Of a stretch of 64,000 nt of DNA, positions 1-9,738 are shown piece after piece (the first letter of the stretch is position 1; every line of letters begins with the position of its first letter). The position numbers and the translations under genes were made by a program. The notes below the pieces were generated by a model, which was not told the origin of the DNA, searched no databases, and was given only the letters and a program-made list of their open reading frames with translations. The DNA comes from an uncultured Candidatus Saccharibacteria bacterium (lineage in GTDB: Bacteria > Patescibacteriota > Saccharimonadia > Saccharimonadales > CAIOMD01): positions 1,081 to 65,080 of the forward strand of contig CAIOMD010000013.1 in NCBI GenBank assembly GCA_903859365.1. Reading direction: 5' to 3'.

Positions 1-14
1 GATACGCACCCAAT

Positions 15-47
15 AAAAAAGGCCTTTCTATGGTAGAAAAGTCCTCT
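15..47 (-). terminator. Probable intrinsic terminator after tRNA-Glu
   Basis: Minus strand reads GGACTTTTCTA-CCA-TAGAAAGGCC followed by TTTTTT, immediately downstream of the tRNA CCA end. Confidence 0.6.
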
Positions 48-48
48 T

Positions 49-123
49 TGGTGATCCCAAGGAGAATCGAACTCCTATTGCCAGGATGAGAACCTGGTGT
101 CCTAACCGTTAGACGATGGGACC
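49..123 (-). tRNA. tRNA-Glu (anticodon CTC), CCA encoded
   Basis: Reverse complement GGTCCCATCGTCTAACGGTTAGGACACCAGGTTCTCATCCTGGCAATAGGAGTTCGATTCTCCTTGGGATCACCA: 7-bp acceptor stem, anticodon arm CCAGG-TTCTCAT-CCTGG, TTCGA T-loop, 3' CCA. Confidence 0.97.
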
Positions 124-229
124 AAATAATTTTCTCGATAATAGTAGCACAAGTTTAATAAGATAGCCACCTCTGTTAATTAAGCTTGCTTTTATCAAGA
201 TATAAATGAATAATAGAAAGCAACATTAA

Positions 230-1399
230 ATGATCTTATGGTGGGCAAATATTTTGTTTGGTTTTAAGAAAAAAAATAAAATTGGAGAGAATATTCAAGG
301 GCTTTTCGATGAAAATGCTTTATCGGAAACTGCACTAAATAATCTTATGTTAGGTGTTTTTATGTTAGATAAATCTGGTTCCATAATTCTCAGTAATTTT
401 GCTGGGAACCAGATGATTGGGTACGAATCTAAAGAGACGAAAAATAAAAATTATACCAATTTTATTAAAATAACAGATGCTAAGGGTGTTCTCATAGAAT
501 CTTCAATAAATCCTATTGCGAGGAATCTTATTGAGGGTGGAAAAATAACTACCGATAAGTATTTCCTCTCCAGCAGAAATAATGTACTTCGGCCAATTGG
601 CTTAGTAATAAATGAAATTTTAGATCAAGCTCAGAAAAGCAAAGGAACGATTGTCGTCCTTCGTGACTTAACAAGAGAAAAATTCTTAGATCAACAACGT
701 TCAGACTTCATTAGTACCGCAAGTCATGAAATGCGTACACCTGTCGCTGCAATTGAAGGATATCTTGCTCTCGCCCTTAATGAAAAAATGGCAAATATTG
801 ATGAAAAAGCTAGATACTATCTAGAAAAAGCGCATGCTAGCGCAGAACGTCTCGGTAAACTCTTTCAAGACCTCCTTAACAGCGCTAAAGCTGAAGACGG
901 TAGATTACAGAACAACCCCGAAGTTATCGACATTGCTGAATTTTTAGAAAGTTTGACAAGTAACATGAAATTTATGGCTGAGAAAAAAGGCTTAAATTTC
1001 GAATTTCTGATTAACGCTAGCAAGGACACATCCAAGGAACATTATTTGGTGAATGTGGACAAAGATAGGCTTGGCGAAATAATAAATAATCTTTATGAGA
1101 ATGCCGTTAAATATACTGAAAGTGGCCAGATAACCATTGGCCTTACCGGAAACCCTAAAGTTGTGCAGCTTCGAGTGCAGGATACCGGAGACGGAATTCC
1201 CGCGGAAGCAATTCCTCATTTATTTGAAAAATTCTATAGGGCAGATAACTCTAGCACCCGAGAGATCGGTGGAACCGGACTTGGACTTTATTTAGCAAAG
1301 GAAATCGTAAAACTCTATGATGGACGTATATGGGTTGAAAGTGAAATCGGTAAAGGTAGTACTTTCTATATTAATCTACCGAGAATCAATAGGAGTTAA
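230..1399 (+). CDS. PAS-domain sensor histidine kinase (WalK/PhoR-like, soluble)
   Basis: H-box SHEMRTP, N-box NLYENAVKY, G1 DTGDGI, F-box LFEKFYR, G2 GTGLGL; PAS-like N-terminus; exact start uncertain. Confidence 0.93.
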   Translation: MILWWANILFGFKKKNKIGENIQGLFDENALSETALNNLMLGVFMLDKSGSIILSNFAGNQMIGYESKETKNKNYTNFIKITDAKGVLIESSINPIARNLIEGGKITTDKYFLSSRNNVLRPIGLVINEILDQAQKSKGTIVVLRDLTREKFLDQQRSDFISTASHEMRTPVAAIEGYLALALNEKMANIDEKARYYLEKAHASAERLGKLFQDLLNSAKAEDGRLQNNPEVIDIAEFLESLTSNMKFMAEKKGLNFEFLINASKDTSKEHYLVNVDKDRLGEIINNLYENAVKYTESGQITIGLTGNPKVVQLRVQDTGDGIPAEAIPHLFEKFYRADNSSTREIGGTGLGLYLAKEIVKLYDGRIWVESEIGKGSTFYINLPRINRS

Positions 1400-1463
1400 C
1401 ATATTTTACATACATGATACAATATGAACATATAAGCAAAAGCACTAAAAAAGGAATATATTA

Positions 1464-2378
1464 ATGGCTAAAATAATGCTCGTCGAAGATGACAATAACC
1501 TTAAAGAAATTTACGGTGAGAGGTTGCAGGCTGAAGGTTATGAAATAGTGACGGCTGGTGATGGCGAAGAGGGCTTATCGACTGCTATCAAGGAACGACC
1601 GGATCTTATTATTTCAGATGTAATGATGCCAAAAATTAGTGGCTTTGATATGCTGGATATTCTTCGGCAAACTCCTGAAACTATGAATACAAAGGTTATC
1701 ATGATGACTGCCCTCAGTCAGGCTGAAGATAAAGATCGAGCAGAAAAACTTGGTGCTGATAAATATCTCGTTAAATCACAAGTAACACTAGAGGATCTAG
1801 CTCGAGCCGTACACGATCTACTCAACGATAGCCCGGCAGATACCGAATCTGAAACTGAAGTTTCGACTCCAGTTGTTACGAGTAACGTACCAGTTACCGA
1901 TCCTCCAGTAGAAAATTCTGAAGAAAGTACTTCAATTCCAACAAGTTCAACAAATGAAACAGAAACAAATAAAGGAGCAGAAATGCAAGAAGACGTTACA
2001 ACACAAACCGATAATACTTCTATGGCCCAACCAGTAGATCCAGTAGCAGCATCTCCGATGCCAACTACTCCAGTAATGCCAGAAGCGATGGCTGAAGCTC
2101 AAGAGAAAAATGAGTTTGAGGCTAACGCTAAAGCATTTGAAGATAGCATCGATACAACACCGCCTACTCCTGAAATGCAGAGCCCAGCAATGCCGACCGA
2201 AGAAGTTGCTACTCCAGCGTCTGATACTATGCCAACTCCTCCCGTAAGTGAAGAGCCTGTGATGGCAGCTCCAACTATGGAGACACCGGCACAGATGCCG
2301 ACCGAAGAACCAGCAATGCCAACTGACATGGCTGAAGTTCCCAAAGAAGAAGATCCAGAACACCCTTCGGCTGTTTAG
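1464..2378 (+). CDS. Response regulator receiver domain fused to a long acidic Pro/Thr/Glu/Met-rich low-complexity tail
   Basis: LVEDD, ISDVMMP, MMTA and YLVK receiver motifs in the first ~120 aa; no DNA-binding output domain; RBS AAGGAA upstream. Confidence 0.88.
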   Translation: MAKIMLVEDDNNLKEIYGERLQAEGYEIVTAGDGEEGLSTAIKERPDLIISDVMMPKISGFDMLDILRQTPETMNTKVIMMTALSQAEDKDRAEKLGADKYLVKSQVTLEDLARAVHDLLNDSPADTESETEVSTPVVTSNVPVTDPPVENSEESTSIPTSSTNETETNKGAEMQEDVTTQTDNTSMAQPVDPVAASPMPTTPVMPEAMAEAQEKNEFEANAKAFEDSIDTTPPTPEMQSPAMPTEEVATPASDTMPTPPVSEEPVMAAPTMETPAQMPTEEPAMPTDMAEVPKEEDPEHPSAV

Positions 2379-2392
2379 TCTATACTTCTACT

Positions 2393-3052
2393 ATGCGAAT
2401 CAATAAATTAATTGCCGGAAGACTTGGTATTTCTCGAAGAAAAGCCGATGAATTTATTGAAAAAGACCGTGTCCTCGTTAATGGCATACTCCCATCCCCA
2501 GGAATGGATATAACTGATCCATCGACTGTTTTAGTAGATAAAAAACCGCTGCCAGAGGAGAAGAAAACGATTACTATACTTCTCAATAAACCAGAAGGTT
2601 ACGTCTGTAGCCGTGATGGCCAGGGAAGCCACACGGTCTATGAGCTACTTCCATCCGAGCTTCGATTCACTAATATCGTAGGTAGGCTAGACAAAGACAG
2701 CAGCGGACTACTTCTTTTTACTAATGATGGAGAACTGCATAACGACCTGACGCATCCTTCAAAAGATAAAGAAAAAACATACCATGTAACGTTAAATAAG
2801 AAGATTTCCGAAAATGATCTCGAGATACTGTCTAAAAAAGGAGTGCCCCTGAGAGATGGTATTTCTCGATTTATTATTCTAAATCTAGACACAGATTCCT
2901 TCCTGTACGAGGTAACATTAAGAGAGGGTCGCAATAGGCAGATCCGCCGAACTTTCAATGCAATGGGGTATAAAATAACCGCCCTTCAGAGAACGGCAGT
3001 CGGAGCTTTTTCTTTAAGCGAACTTAAGCCAGGTGAATATAAAATAGTTTGA
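2393..3052 (+). CDS. rRNA pseudouridine synthase, RsuA/RluB family
   Basis: S4-like N-terminus (SRRKAD), LNKPEG, catalytic GRLDKDSSGLLL, EGRNRQIRR. Confidence 0.93.
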   Translation: MRINKLIAGRLGISRRKADEFIEKDRVLVNGILPSPGMDITDPSTVLVDKKPLPEEKKTITILLNKPEGYVCSRDGQGSHTVYELLPSELRFTNIVGRLDKDSSGLLLFTNDGELHNDLTHPSKDKEKTYHVTLNKKISENDLEILSKKGVPLRDGISRFIILNLDTDSFLYEVTLREGRNRQIRRTFNAMGYKITALQRTAVGAFSLSELKPGEYKIV

Positions 3053-3123
3053 AAACATAAAATATAATTTGTCAATTTTTCACTAGCTTTTTACCTCTGT
3101 TATTGCTATAGTAAATAGAACTT

Positions 3124-4473
3124 ATGAGTAAAAAAGTCCCTATCGTTGCAATTGTTGGAAGAGCCAATGTCGGAAAGAGTAGTCTTTTCAATACAATAAT
3201 TGGTCATCGCGAAGCAATTGTAGCCAATGAACCCGGTACAACTCGAGATAGTATTATGTCGAAGGCTACTTTTAGTGGCCAAGATTTTTGGCTCATTGAC
3301 ACAGCCGGAATGAAAGACGCTGAAGATGATTTTGAATTCACCATTCAAGAGCAGATAATCCAAGCGGCAGATAGCGCTGACATCATTATGGTGATGGTAG
3401 AAGCGGATATCATGATTACTGAAGAAGATAGACGAGTTGCTAAGCTTGCCCTTAAGAGTAAAAAAACCGTAATTCTAATTGTTAATAAAATTGACAAGAA
3501 CGTACACGTCGACCTTGATGACTATAGAAAATTAGGAATTAAAGAAATTTTTGGAACCAGTACAACGCAGCGATCTGGCGTCGAAGAACTTCTTGAAGAT
3601 CTAACCAAAAAACTTCCAAAAGCAAGTATCAAAGTTGAAGACGATCGACTGAGGATTGCAATCTTAGGCCGCCCTAATGTCGGTAAGAGCCAGCTCTTCA
3701 ATACCCTAGCCAAAAAACAGCAGGCAATTGTCGCGGACAAAGCGGGTACGACCCGAGATGTAAACCGAACTATCATCAAATATGCTGGTAGGGAGATTGA
3801 ACTGCTCGATACTGCAGGTATTAGAAAAAATGGAAAAATAGAAGTTGGTGTCGAGAAATTTAGTGTTATTCGAAGTCTTGCTGCTATCGAACAAGCTGAT
3901 GTTTGTTTTCTTTTGATCGACGTTAATGATCTAACCGTTCAGCTTGATCAAAAAATTGGTGGAATCATTAAAGATGCAGGCAAGGGCATGGCGCTGGTTG
4001 TTAGCAAGTGGGATTCAGTAATCGAAAAAGATGCATTCACTAGGGACGACCTTGCCCCAAAAGTTAAATACCAGTTTGAATTTGCACCTTGGGCGCCTCT
4101 CATCTTTACGAGTAGCGTGACAGGACAGAATGTCTCAAAGCTTTTTGAACTCGCATTAGAGATTGATACCAATCGACACAAGAAAGTTACCACTGGTGAG
4201 TTAAATCGTTGGCTTAGAGCTTGTGTTGACGCGCACCCTCCTGCAGGACTTAAGAATAGCTATCCTCGATTAAATTACATTACTCAGACTGATGATGATA
4301 CTCCGACCTTTAAAGTCTTCGGTAGCCATACTAAATTGCTCCATTGGAGCTACAAAAGATATCTCGAAAGACAACTGAGAGAAAAATATGGGTTTGAAGG
4401 TACTGCCGTTAAATTTTACTTCAGCGAAAAACACGAGCATCAGCCAAATGCTCCAAAACCTAGAGGCCGTTAA
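3124..4473 (+). CDS. der: Ribosome biogenesis GTPase Der (EngA)
   Basis: Two tandem G domains (GRANVGKS/DTAG/NKID and GRPNVGKS/DTAG/SKWD) plus KH-like C-terminus. Confidence 0.97.
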   Translation: MSKKVPIVAIVGRANVGKSSLFNTIIGHREAIVANEPGTTRDSIMSKATFSGQDFWLIDTAGMKDAEDDFEFTIQEQIIQAADSADIIMVMVEADIMITEEDRRVAKLALKSKKTVILIVNKIDKNVHVDLDDYRKLGIKEIFGTSTTQRSGVEELLEDLTKKLPKASIKVEDDRLRIAILGRPNVGKSQLFNTLAKKQQAIVADKAGTTRDVNRTIIKYAGREIELLDTAGIRKNGKIEVGVEKFSVIRSLAAIEQADVCFLLIDVNDLTVQLDQKIGGIIKDAGKGMALVVSKWDSVIEKDAFTRDDLAPKVKYQFEFAPWAPLIFTSSVTGQNVSKLFELALEIDTNRHKKVTTGELNRWLRACVDAHPPAGLKNSYPRLNYITQTDDDTPTFKVFGSHTKLLHWSYKRYLERQLREKYGFEGTAVKFYFSEKHEHQPNAPKPRGR

Positions 4474-4497
4474 CCGCTAACTGGTACAATACTTTTT

Positions 4498-5139
4498 ATG
4501 GGACTTTTTCAAAAACAACCAATCAACTTAAAGCAAAATCTTCCCTATTCAATCTCTATAAATACAGGGACCGTTTTGATAGTAGGTCTCGGAAACCCAG
4601 GTAAAGAATACGACTTGACGAGACATAATTTAGGATTTATGGCAGTCGATTCTTTCGCAACAAAAAACGAATTCCCAGAGTGGTCTGAAGAAAAAAAATT
4701 TAAAGGACTCGTCACTTCAAAGAATGTTGGACCTGTTAAAGTTTTCCTTTTTAAACCCACTACATTCATGAATGACAGCGGACAGGCTGTGCAAGCCTTG
4801 GCAAGTTTCTTCAGGATCGACGAACGTCGAATTGTTGCAGTACACGATGAACTGGCGATTCCTTTTGGTCAAATAAGAAATCGGGTTGGCGGACAAGCTG
4901 CCGGTCATAATGGAATTAAATCCCTCATCCAACACATTGGACCTAATTTTGGAAGAATAAGAATTGGCATAAAAAATAGCCTCAGTGCTAAAAAAGATAC
5001 GAGTGATTTTGTTCTTAGTAAATTCAGCAAAACCGAACAGCAGCTATTGCCTGAACTAATTGGTGAAGTAGACGCTATAATGACTGAATATATCTATGGT
5101 AGTGAATTACCCCTCGATACTAGAAAAATAATTTTATAA
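4498..5139 (+). CDS. pth: Peptidyl-tRNA hydrolase
   Basis: VGLGNPG, TRHNLGF, KPTTFMNDSG, HDEL, GHNGIKS motifs. Confidence 0.97.
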   Translation: MGLFQKQPINLKQNLPYSISINTGTVLIVGLGNPGKEYDLTRHNLGFMAVDSFATKNEFPEWSEEKKFKGLVTSKNVGPVKVFLFKPTTFMNDSGQAVQALASFFRIDERRIVAVHDELAIPFGQIRNRVGGQAAGHNGIKSLIQHIGPNFGRIRIGIKNSLSAKKDTSDFVLSKFSKTEQQLLPELIGEVDAIMTEYIYGSELPLDTRKIIL

Positions 5140-5140
5140 T

Positions 5141-6793
5141 ATGCTCGTTTCTATTGATATAAGCGATAAACACTTCGGTGATAAGGTTTTGTACAAAAAT
5201 CTTCAATTTACTTTAGAAAAAAACGAAAAAGTAGGGGTTATAGGCCGAAATGGTGCAGGAAAAAGTACACTATTTGGCATGCTAGCGGGAACCGATACAG
5301 AGTTCGATGGAGAAATTAAAACTGCCAAAAATACCGTCGTAATAAGCACTCGACAAGAACATTCAGACATTGATGATCTTATGGTTATAGATTATATTCT
5401 CGATGAATTACCGCAGTACAAAAAACTAAAGAAAATTATTGATTCTTTCGGTAGTGATGGGAATACAAGTACCAATGCGATGAATCGATATAGCGATGCC
5501 CTAGAGCAATTCAGTAGCCTTGGTTATTACACAATTGAAGATACTGTTATCGAGAAATTAAAAACGTATCAAATAGACGAAGATAAGTCTCGCGGCCCAC
5601 TTGAAAACCTAAGTGGTGGCCAAAAAAGATTTGTTGAACTCGTAAAAATTGCTAATGCAAATGCAGACTTAGCACTAATCGACGAACCTACTAACCACAT
5701 GGACTACATCGCTAAAAATGAATTCATTGATTGGCTAGATAATGTCAGAAATCTTGCAGTACTTGTGATTACCCATGATCGTGATGTGCTTGAAAAAGTT
5801 GATCGAATCGTTGAGATCAAGGAGGGGAAAGCCCTGATTTTCAAGGGAAATTATGATTCATATCTACTTCAAAATAGTTCATCAACAGTAACCGCTATAA
5901 AGAATTTTGAGATCGATGAAGCCACTATAGTAAATCTAAAGAAGCAAATTGAATTTGCCCGCGCACGATCAGCCAAGGGTGGACCACGTTGGGTTACTCT
6001 AAGGGAGCGATACGAAAGAGAATTGAAAGAAATTCTTGATAATAGAAAGAAGCCGAGTTTTTGGATTGATAGAGAATCATTATCGAAACTACATCCAAAA
6101 GCTGCAGAAGGCTACGGAAAATATAAGGCAAAAAATATTCGGATTGCAACGCAAGCTGGAACTTCCGATAACAAGGGGTATCAGCCAATTATAGAAGTAG
6201 ATAATCTTTCCCTTGGATATAATGAGCCCCTATTTGAACATATATCATTTAAACTCCTTGAGGGCGATAAGCTGCGATTCCACGGAAGGAATGGTGCCGG
6301 CAAGACGACACTTATTAAAACTATCCTCGCAACTGCCAACGAGGAGAAAATCTCCGCTACTATTTATCAAGGAACTGTTGAAGTACGCCCTAAACTTGCA
6401 ATAGGCACCTATGAGCAAGAAATAGGCGATAAATACATGGATATGGACTTAGAAAAGGCCCTAGAGCAACTTTATTTAGATAAAGATATTCCTGTTAATG
6501 AACAAAAAGTACGCCAACTAATGAGCGATTATTTATTTAATCCTTTAACTGACGCAAAAATACCTATACGACTTCTGAGTGGAGGACAAAAAGCACGGTT
6601 CCAAATCATCTCAATGCTCGCTAACAATCCTCAATTACTTATTTTGGACGAACCAACGAATCACCTTGACCTTCCAAGTATCGAAGAACTCGAAAACGCA
6701 CTGCACCGATTCAAAGGCGCGATCATATTCGTAAGTCATGACGGATTCTTCGTTAAGGGCTTTGAGCACGAAACACTTCCTGTAGGAAAATAA
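5141..6793 (+). CDS. ABC-F family ATPase (ribosome-associated)
   Basis: Two ABC domains (GRNGAGKS/T, LSGGQ, DEPTNH), helical linker, no transmembrane segments. Confidence 0.92.
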   Translation: MLVSIDISDKHFGDKVLYKNLQFTLEKNEKVGVIGRNGAGKSTLFGMLAGTDTEFDGEIKTAKNTVVISTRQEHSDIDDLMVIDYILDELPQYKKLKKIIDSFGSDGNTSTNAMNRYSDALEQFSSLGYYTIEDTVIEKLKTYQIDEDKSRGPLENLSGGQKRFVELVKIANANADLALIDEPTNHMDYIAKNEFIDWLDNVRNLAVLVITHDRDVLEKVDRIVEIKEGKALIFKGNYDSYLLQNSSSTVTAIKNFEIDEATIVNLKKQIEFARARSAKGGPRWVTLRERYERELKEILDNRKKPSFWIDRESLSKLHPKAAEGYGKYKAKNIRIATQAGTSDNKGYQPIIEVDNLSLGYNEPLFEHISFKLLEGDKLRFHGRNGAGKTTLIKTILATANEEKISATIYQGTVEVRPKLAIGTYEQEIGDKYMDMDLEKALEQLYLDKDIPVNEQKVRQLMSDYLFNPLTDAKIPIRLLSGGQKARFQIISMLANNPQLLILDEPTNHLDLPSIEELENALHRFKGAIIFVSHDGFFVKGFEHETLPVGK

Positions 6794-6801
6794 AAGGAAC
6801 T

Positions 6802-6841
6802 AAAAAGAGCCTATAGAGGGGGTGGGCACCACTATAGGCTC
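6802..6841 (-). terminator. Intrinsic terminator ending the candidate RNA
   Basis: Perfect 10-bp stem GAGCCTATAG (6807-6816 / 6832-6841); U-tract only on the minus strand (A-tract 6802-6806). Confidence 0.8.
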
Positions 6842-7108
6842 ATATTAGCCTTCAACCCCGTACGACGAGCGTACAACGCTTTTAAAGCCCACCTCAATAA
6901 AACGAGGGGTTAAAGCTTACGGTTAAAGGCGTTAGTATGTTTTAGAACGCTTGAATAGTAAACTATTACGCTAGCGTGGAGGGTAACAACGCATGACGCA
7001 CGCTCTAAAACAATCTAACAGCGTTGAGCAGTTTATAAATAAACTGAACAACAGCTAGAATTTTTTGGGGGTATAAGGTACGTAAAACGTAAGAATTTAA
7101 CGTTTACG
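6802..7108 (-). ncRNA. Candidate stand-alone structured RNA (~305 nt), family not recognised
   Basis: Own sigma70 promoter and terminator, four helical domains with G-U pairs that only work on the minus strand, no ATG-started ORF longer than 7 codons. Confidence 0.7.
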
Positions 7109-7114
7109 AAGCAA

Positions 7115-7143
7115 ATAATAGCATTTCCTTTATTTTTTGTCAA
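7115..7143 (-). promoter_or_regulatory. Sigma70 promoter TTGACA-17-TATTAT driving the candidate RNA
   Basis: -35 at 7143-7138, -10 at 7120-7115, 17-nt spacer; points away from topA. Confidence 0.8.
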
Positions 7144-7188
7144 TAATATTTTACTAGATGTTTATGTTTATGCTTACATGGTATTTGC

Positions 7189-7217
7189 TTGCAATTTCAT
7201 TCAATAGCATATAGTCT
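7189..7217 (+). promoter_or_regulatory. Putative topA promoter TTGCAA-17-TAGTCT
   Basis: Spacing and position 35 nt upstream of the topA ATG. Confidence 0.5.
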
Positions 7218-7251
7218 AAGTCTCGTTACAAATTAAATTTGATGTATATAT

Positions 7252-9543
7252 ATGAATAAAAAGAACCTTGTTATCGTTGAGTCACCAGCAAAAGCTAAGA
7301 CAATTGAAAAATTTCTTGGCAAAGATTATGTAGTTCGAAGTAGCTTCGGGCACATTCGTGATCTTCCAAAAAAAGGAATAAGTATAGATATTGAGCACGA
7401 TTTTGCTCCTACTTATGAAATACCTAGTGATAAAACCAAGGTTGTAGGCGAATTAAAAAAAGAAGCTAAGGGTGCTGAAGTTTGGCTCGCAAGTGACGAA
7501 GACCGCGAAGGGGAAGCCATCGCTTGGCATCTGGCCGAAGCACTCGGGCTTGATACTAAAACTACTAAACGTATCGTCTTTCATGAAATAACAGAAACTG
7601 CAATCAAGAATGCCATTGCGCACCCAAGAACAATAGATATTAATCTTGTTGATGCCCAACAATCAAGGCGAATCCTTGATAGGATCGTTGGTTACGAATT
7701 ATCTCCAGTATTATGGAAAAAGGTACGGCCAGGCCTTAGCGCTGGACGAGTACAATCAGTTGCTGTTCGACTTATCGTTGAACGTGAGAGAGAAATCAAC
7801 GACTTCCAATTTGAATCAAGTTTTAGAGTTCAGGCCACCTTTACTAAAAATAAAGATGAGATTCCTGCAGAGTTAAATAAACGATTTTCATCTGAAGAAG
7901 AAGCTAATAAGTTTCTAGAGCTTGCAAAAACTGCTGAATTTAAAGTTAAGGATATTACCTTAAAACCCAGCTTAAGAAATCCGTCGGCGCCATTTACGAC
8001 TTCAACCCTGCAGCAAGAAGCAGCCCGCAAATTAGGATTTAGCGTAAAACAAACAATGACTTTAGCGCAAAGACTTTATGAAAATGGTCACATCACCTAT
8101 ATGCGAACAGATAGCACAAATCTGTCCGGTCTAGCCATCGCCTCTGCACAAAGTTATATCCTTGATAATTTTGGCAAGGAATACCATCAAGTTCGACAAT
8201 TCAAAACTAAGAATTCATCTGCCCAAGAAGCCCATGAAGCTATTCGTCCAACTCATTTCGATAAGACTGTTTCGGGTGAAGATGAAAGTCAGAAAAAATT
8301 ATATCAATTGATATGGAAGCGGACACTTGCGAGCCAAATGACTCCCGCCAAAACTGATAAAACTGAAATAGCTATAGGCATTTCAAACCACTCAACATTG
8401 TTTATATCTAAGGGAGAAATGTTGAAATTTGACGGTTTCCTCAAAGTTTACGGTGGTGGTAAAGAGGACTCTATTTTACCCGCTCTAAGCAAAGACGACA
8501 TTCTTGCTCGACAAACTATTAACGCCCACGAAAGTTTCTCAAGGCCACCCGCGAGATACTCCGAAGCGAGCCTAGTGAAGGCACTCGAAGAACTAGGTAT
8601 TGGACGCCCTAGCACATACGCTCCAACCATCAGCACGATCCAAACTCGCGGCTACGTTGAAAAAGCTGATCTAGAAGGCATTGAACGGCCTGCCGTCGAT
8701 CTAACGCTAGAAAAAGATACTATCAATCGATCTGTGATAGACGAAGTGTACGGAGCAGATAAGGGTAAGTTACTCCCAACACATGTTGCAAATGTAACGA
8801 CTGACTTTTTAGTTAAATATTTCGGGGATATCATTAACTCTGGTTTTACTGCTACGGTTGAAAAAGATCTAGACGAAGTAGCTGAAGGAACTGTTATATG
8901 GCAAAAATCACTTAAAGAATTCTATGAAAAATTTCATCCTTTAGTTGAAAAAGCTGGCGATGCCACTAGGCAAGAAACATCGCAAGCGAGACTTCTAGGA
9001 AACGACCCTAAATCAGGAATACCAATTTACGCTCGATTCGGACGATTTGGACCGATGCTTCAAAGAGGCGAAGTTGAAGATGAGAAAAAACCCGATTTTG
9101 CCCCAATGCCTGCTGGCATCAAACTCGAGAACGTTACACTTGAAGAAGCACTCACGATGTTTACCTTGCCAAGACTCGTCGGGAACACGAAAGAGGGTGA
9201 TGAGATCAGGGCAAATATTGGAAGATTTGGACCCTATATACAGATAGGCAAAATTTTTGTTTCCATAAAGCCCCTTGATCCCTTTACTATTACACTTGAG
9301 GAGGCACTAGAGCTCTACGCAAAAAAACAAGAAACAATAGCCAATCGAGAAATTAAAATATTTGAAAAAGAAGGAATAAGCATACTTAATGGGCAGTATG
9401 GACCCTTCATAACAGACGGTAAAAAGAATGCAAGAATTCCAAAAACGACAGAACCAAAAGACATAACCCTAGAACAAGCAAAAGAAATGCTCGCTAAAGC
9501 AAAACCAGCGCGTAAAAAAATCACTCGACGGCGTAGTAAATAG
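7252..9543 (+). CDS. topA: DNA topoisomerase I
   Basis: VIVESPAKAKTI, DEDREGEAI, SAGRVQS, catalytic ITYMRTDS; C-terminal GRFGP repeats and basic tail instead of zinc ribbons. Confidence 0.98.
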   Translation: MNKKNLVIVESPAKAKTIEKFLGKDYVVRSSFGHIRDLPKKGISIDIEHDFAPTYEIPSDKTKVVGELKKEAKGAEVWLASDEDREGEAIAWHLAEALGLDTKTTKRIVFHEITETAIKNAIAHPRTIDINLVDAQQSRRILDRIVGYELSPVLWKKVRPGLSAGRVQSVAVRLIVEREREINDFQFESSFRVQATFTKNKDEIPAELNKRFSSEEEANKFLELAKTAEFKVKDITLKPSLRNPSAPFTTSTLQQEAARKLGFSVKQTMTLAQRLYENGHITYMRTDSTNLSGLAIASAQSYILDNFGKEYHQVRQFKTKNSSAQEAHEAIRPTHFDKTVSGEDESQKKLYQLIWKRTLASQMTPAKTDKTEIAIGISNHSTLFISKGEMLKFDGFLKVYGGGKEDSILPALSKDDILARQTINAHESFSRPPARYSEASLVKALEELGIGRPSTYAPTISTIQTRGYVEKADLEGIERPAVDLTLEKDTINRSVIDEVYGADKGKLLPTHVANVTTDFLVKYFGDIINSGFTATVEKDLDEVAEGTVIWQKSLKEFYEKFHPLVEKAGDATRQETSQARLLGNDPKSGIPIYARFGRFGPMLQRGEVEDEKKPDFAPMPAGIKLENVTLEEALTMFTLPRLVGNTKEGDEIRANIGRFGPYIQIGKIFVSIKPLDPFTITLEEALELYAKKQETIANREIKIFEKEGISILNGQYGPFITDGKKNARIPKTTEPKDITLEQAKEMLAKAKPARKKITRRRSK

Positions 9544-9646
9544 AGTTTTAACTCCTTTGAATTACCCAATTGCATAAGAACTTTCTATGCGTTAAATATG
9601 CAATTGTGTCTACTTTGTGCTACAATAAATCTAGAAAACCATATTG

Positions 9647-9675
9647 TTGACTAAATATAAGGTTTATTGTATTAT
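9647..9675 (+). promoter_or_regulatory. Sigma70 promoter TTGACT-17-TATTAT
   Basis: Near-consensus hexamers upstream of 9739; RBS TAAGGAG at 9721-9727. Confidence 0.6.
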
Positions 9676-9738
9676 ATACATAATAAATATGCACCCCTTG
9701 GGCAAACAGAGCACCATTTATAAGGAGTAACCATTCAT

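Noticed and set aside
6939..7011. GTTTTAGAGC / GTTTTAGAAC resembling the start of a type II CRISPR repeat or tracrRNA
   Set aside because: Only 10 nt, present as the two arms of one helix; no repeat-spacer array and no cas genes in the window
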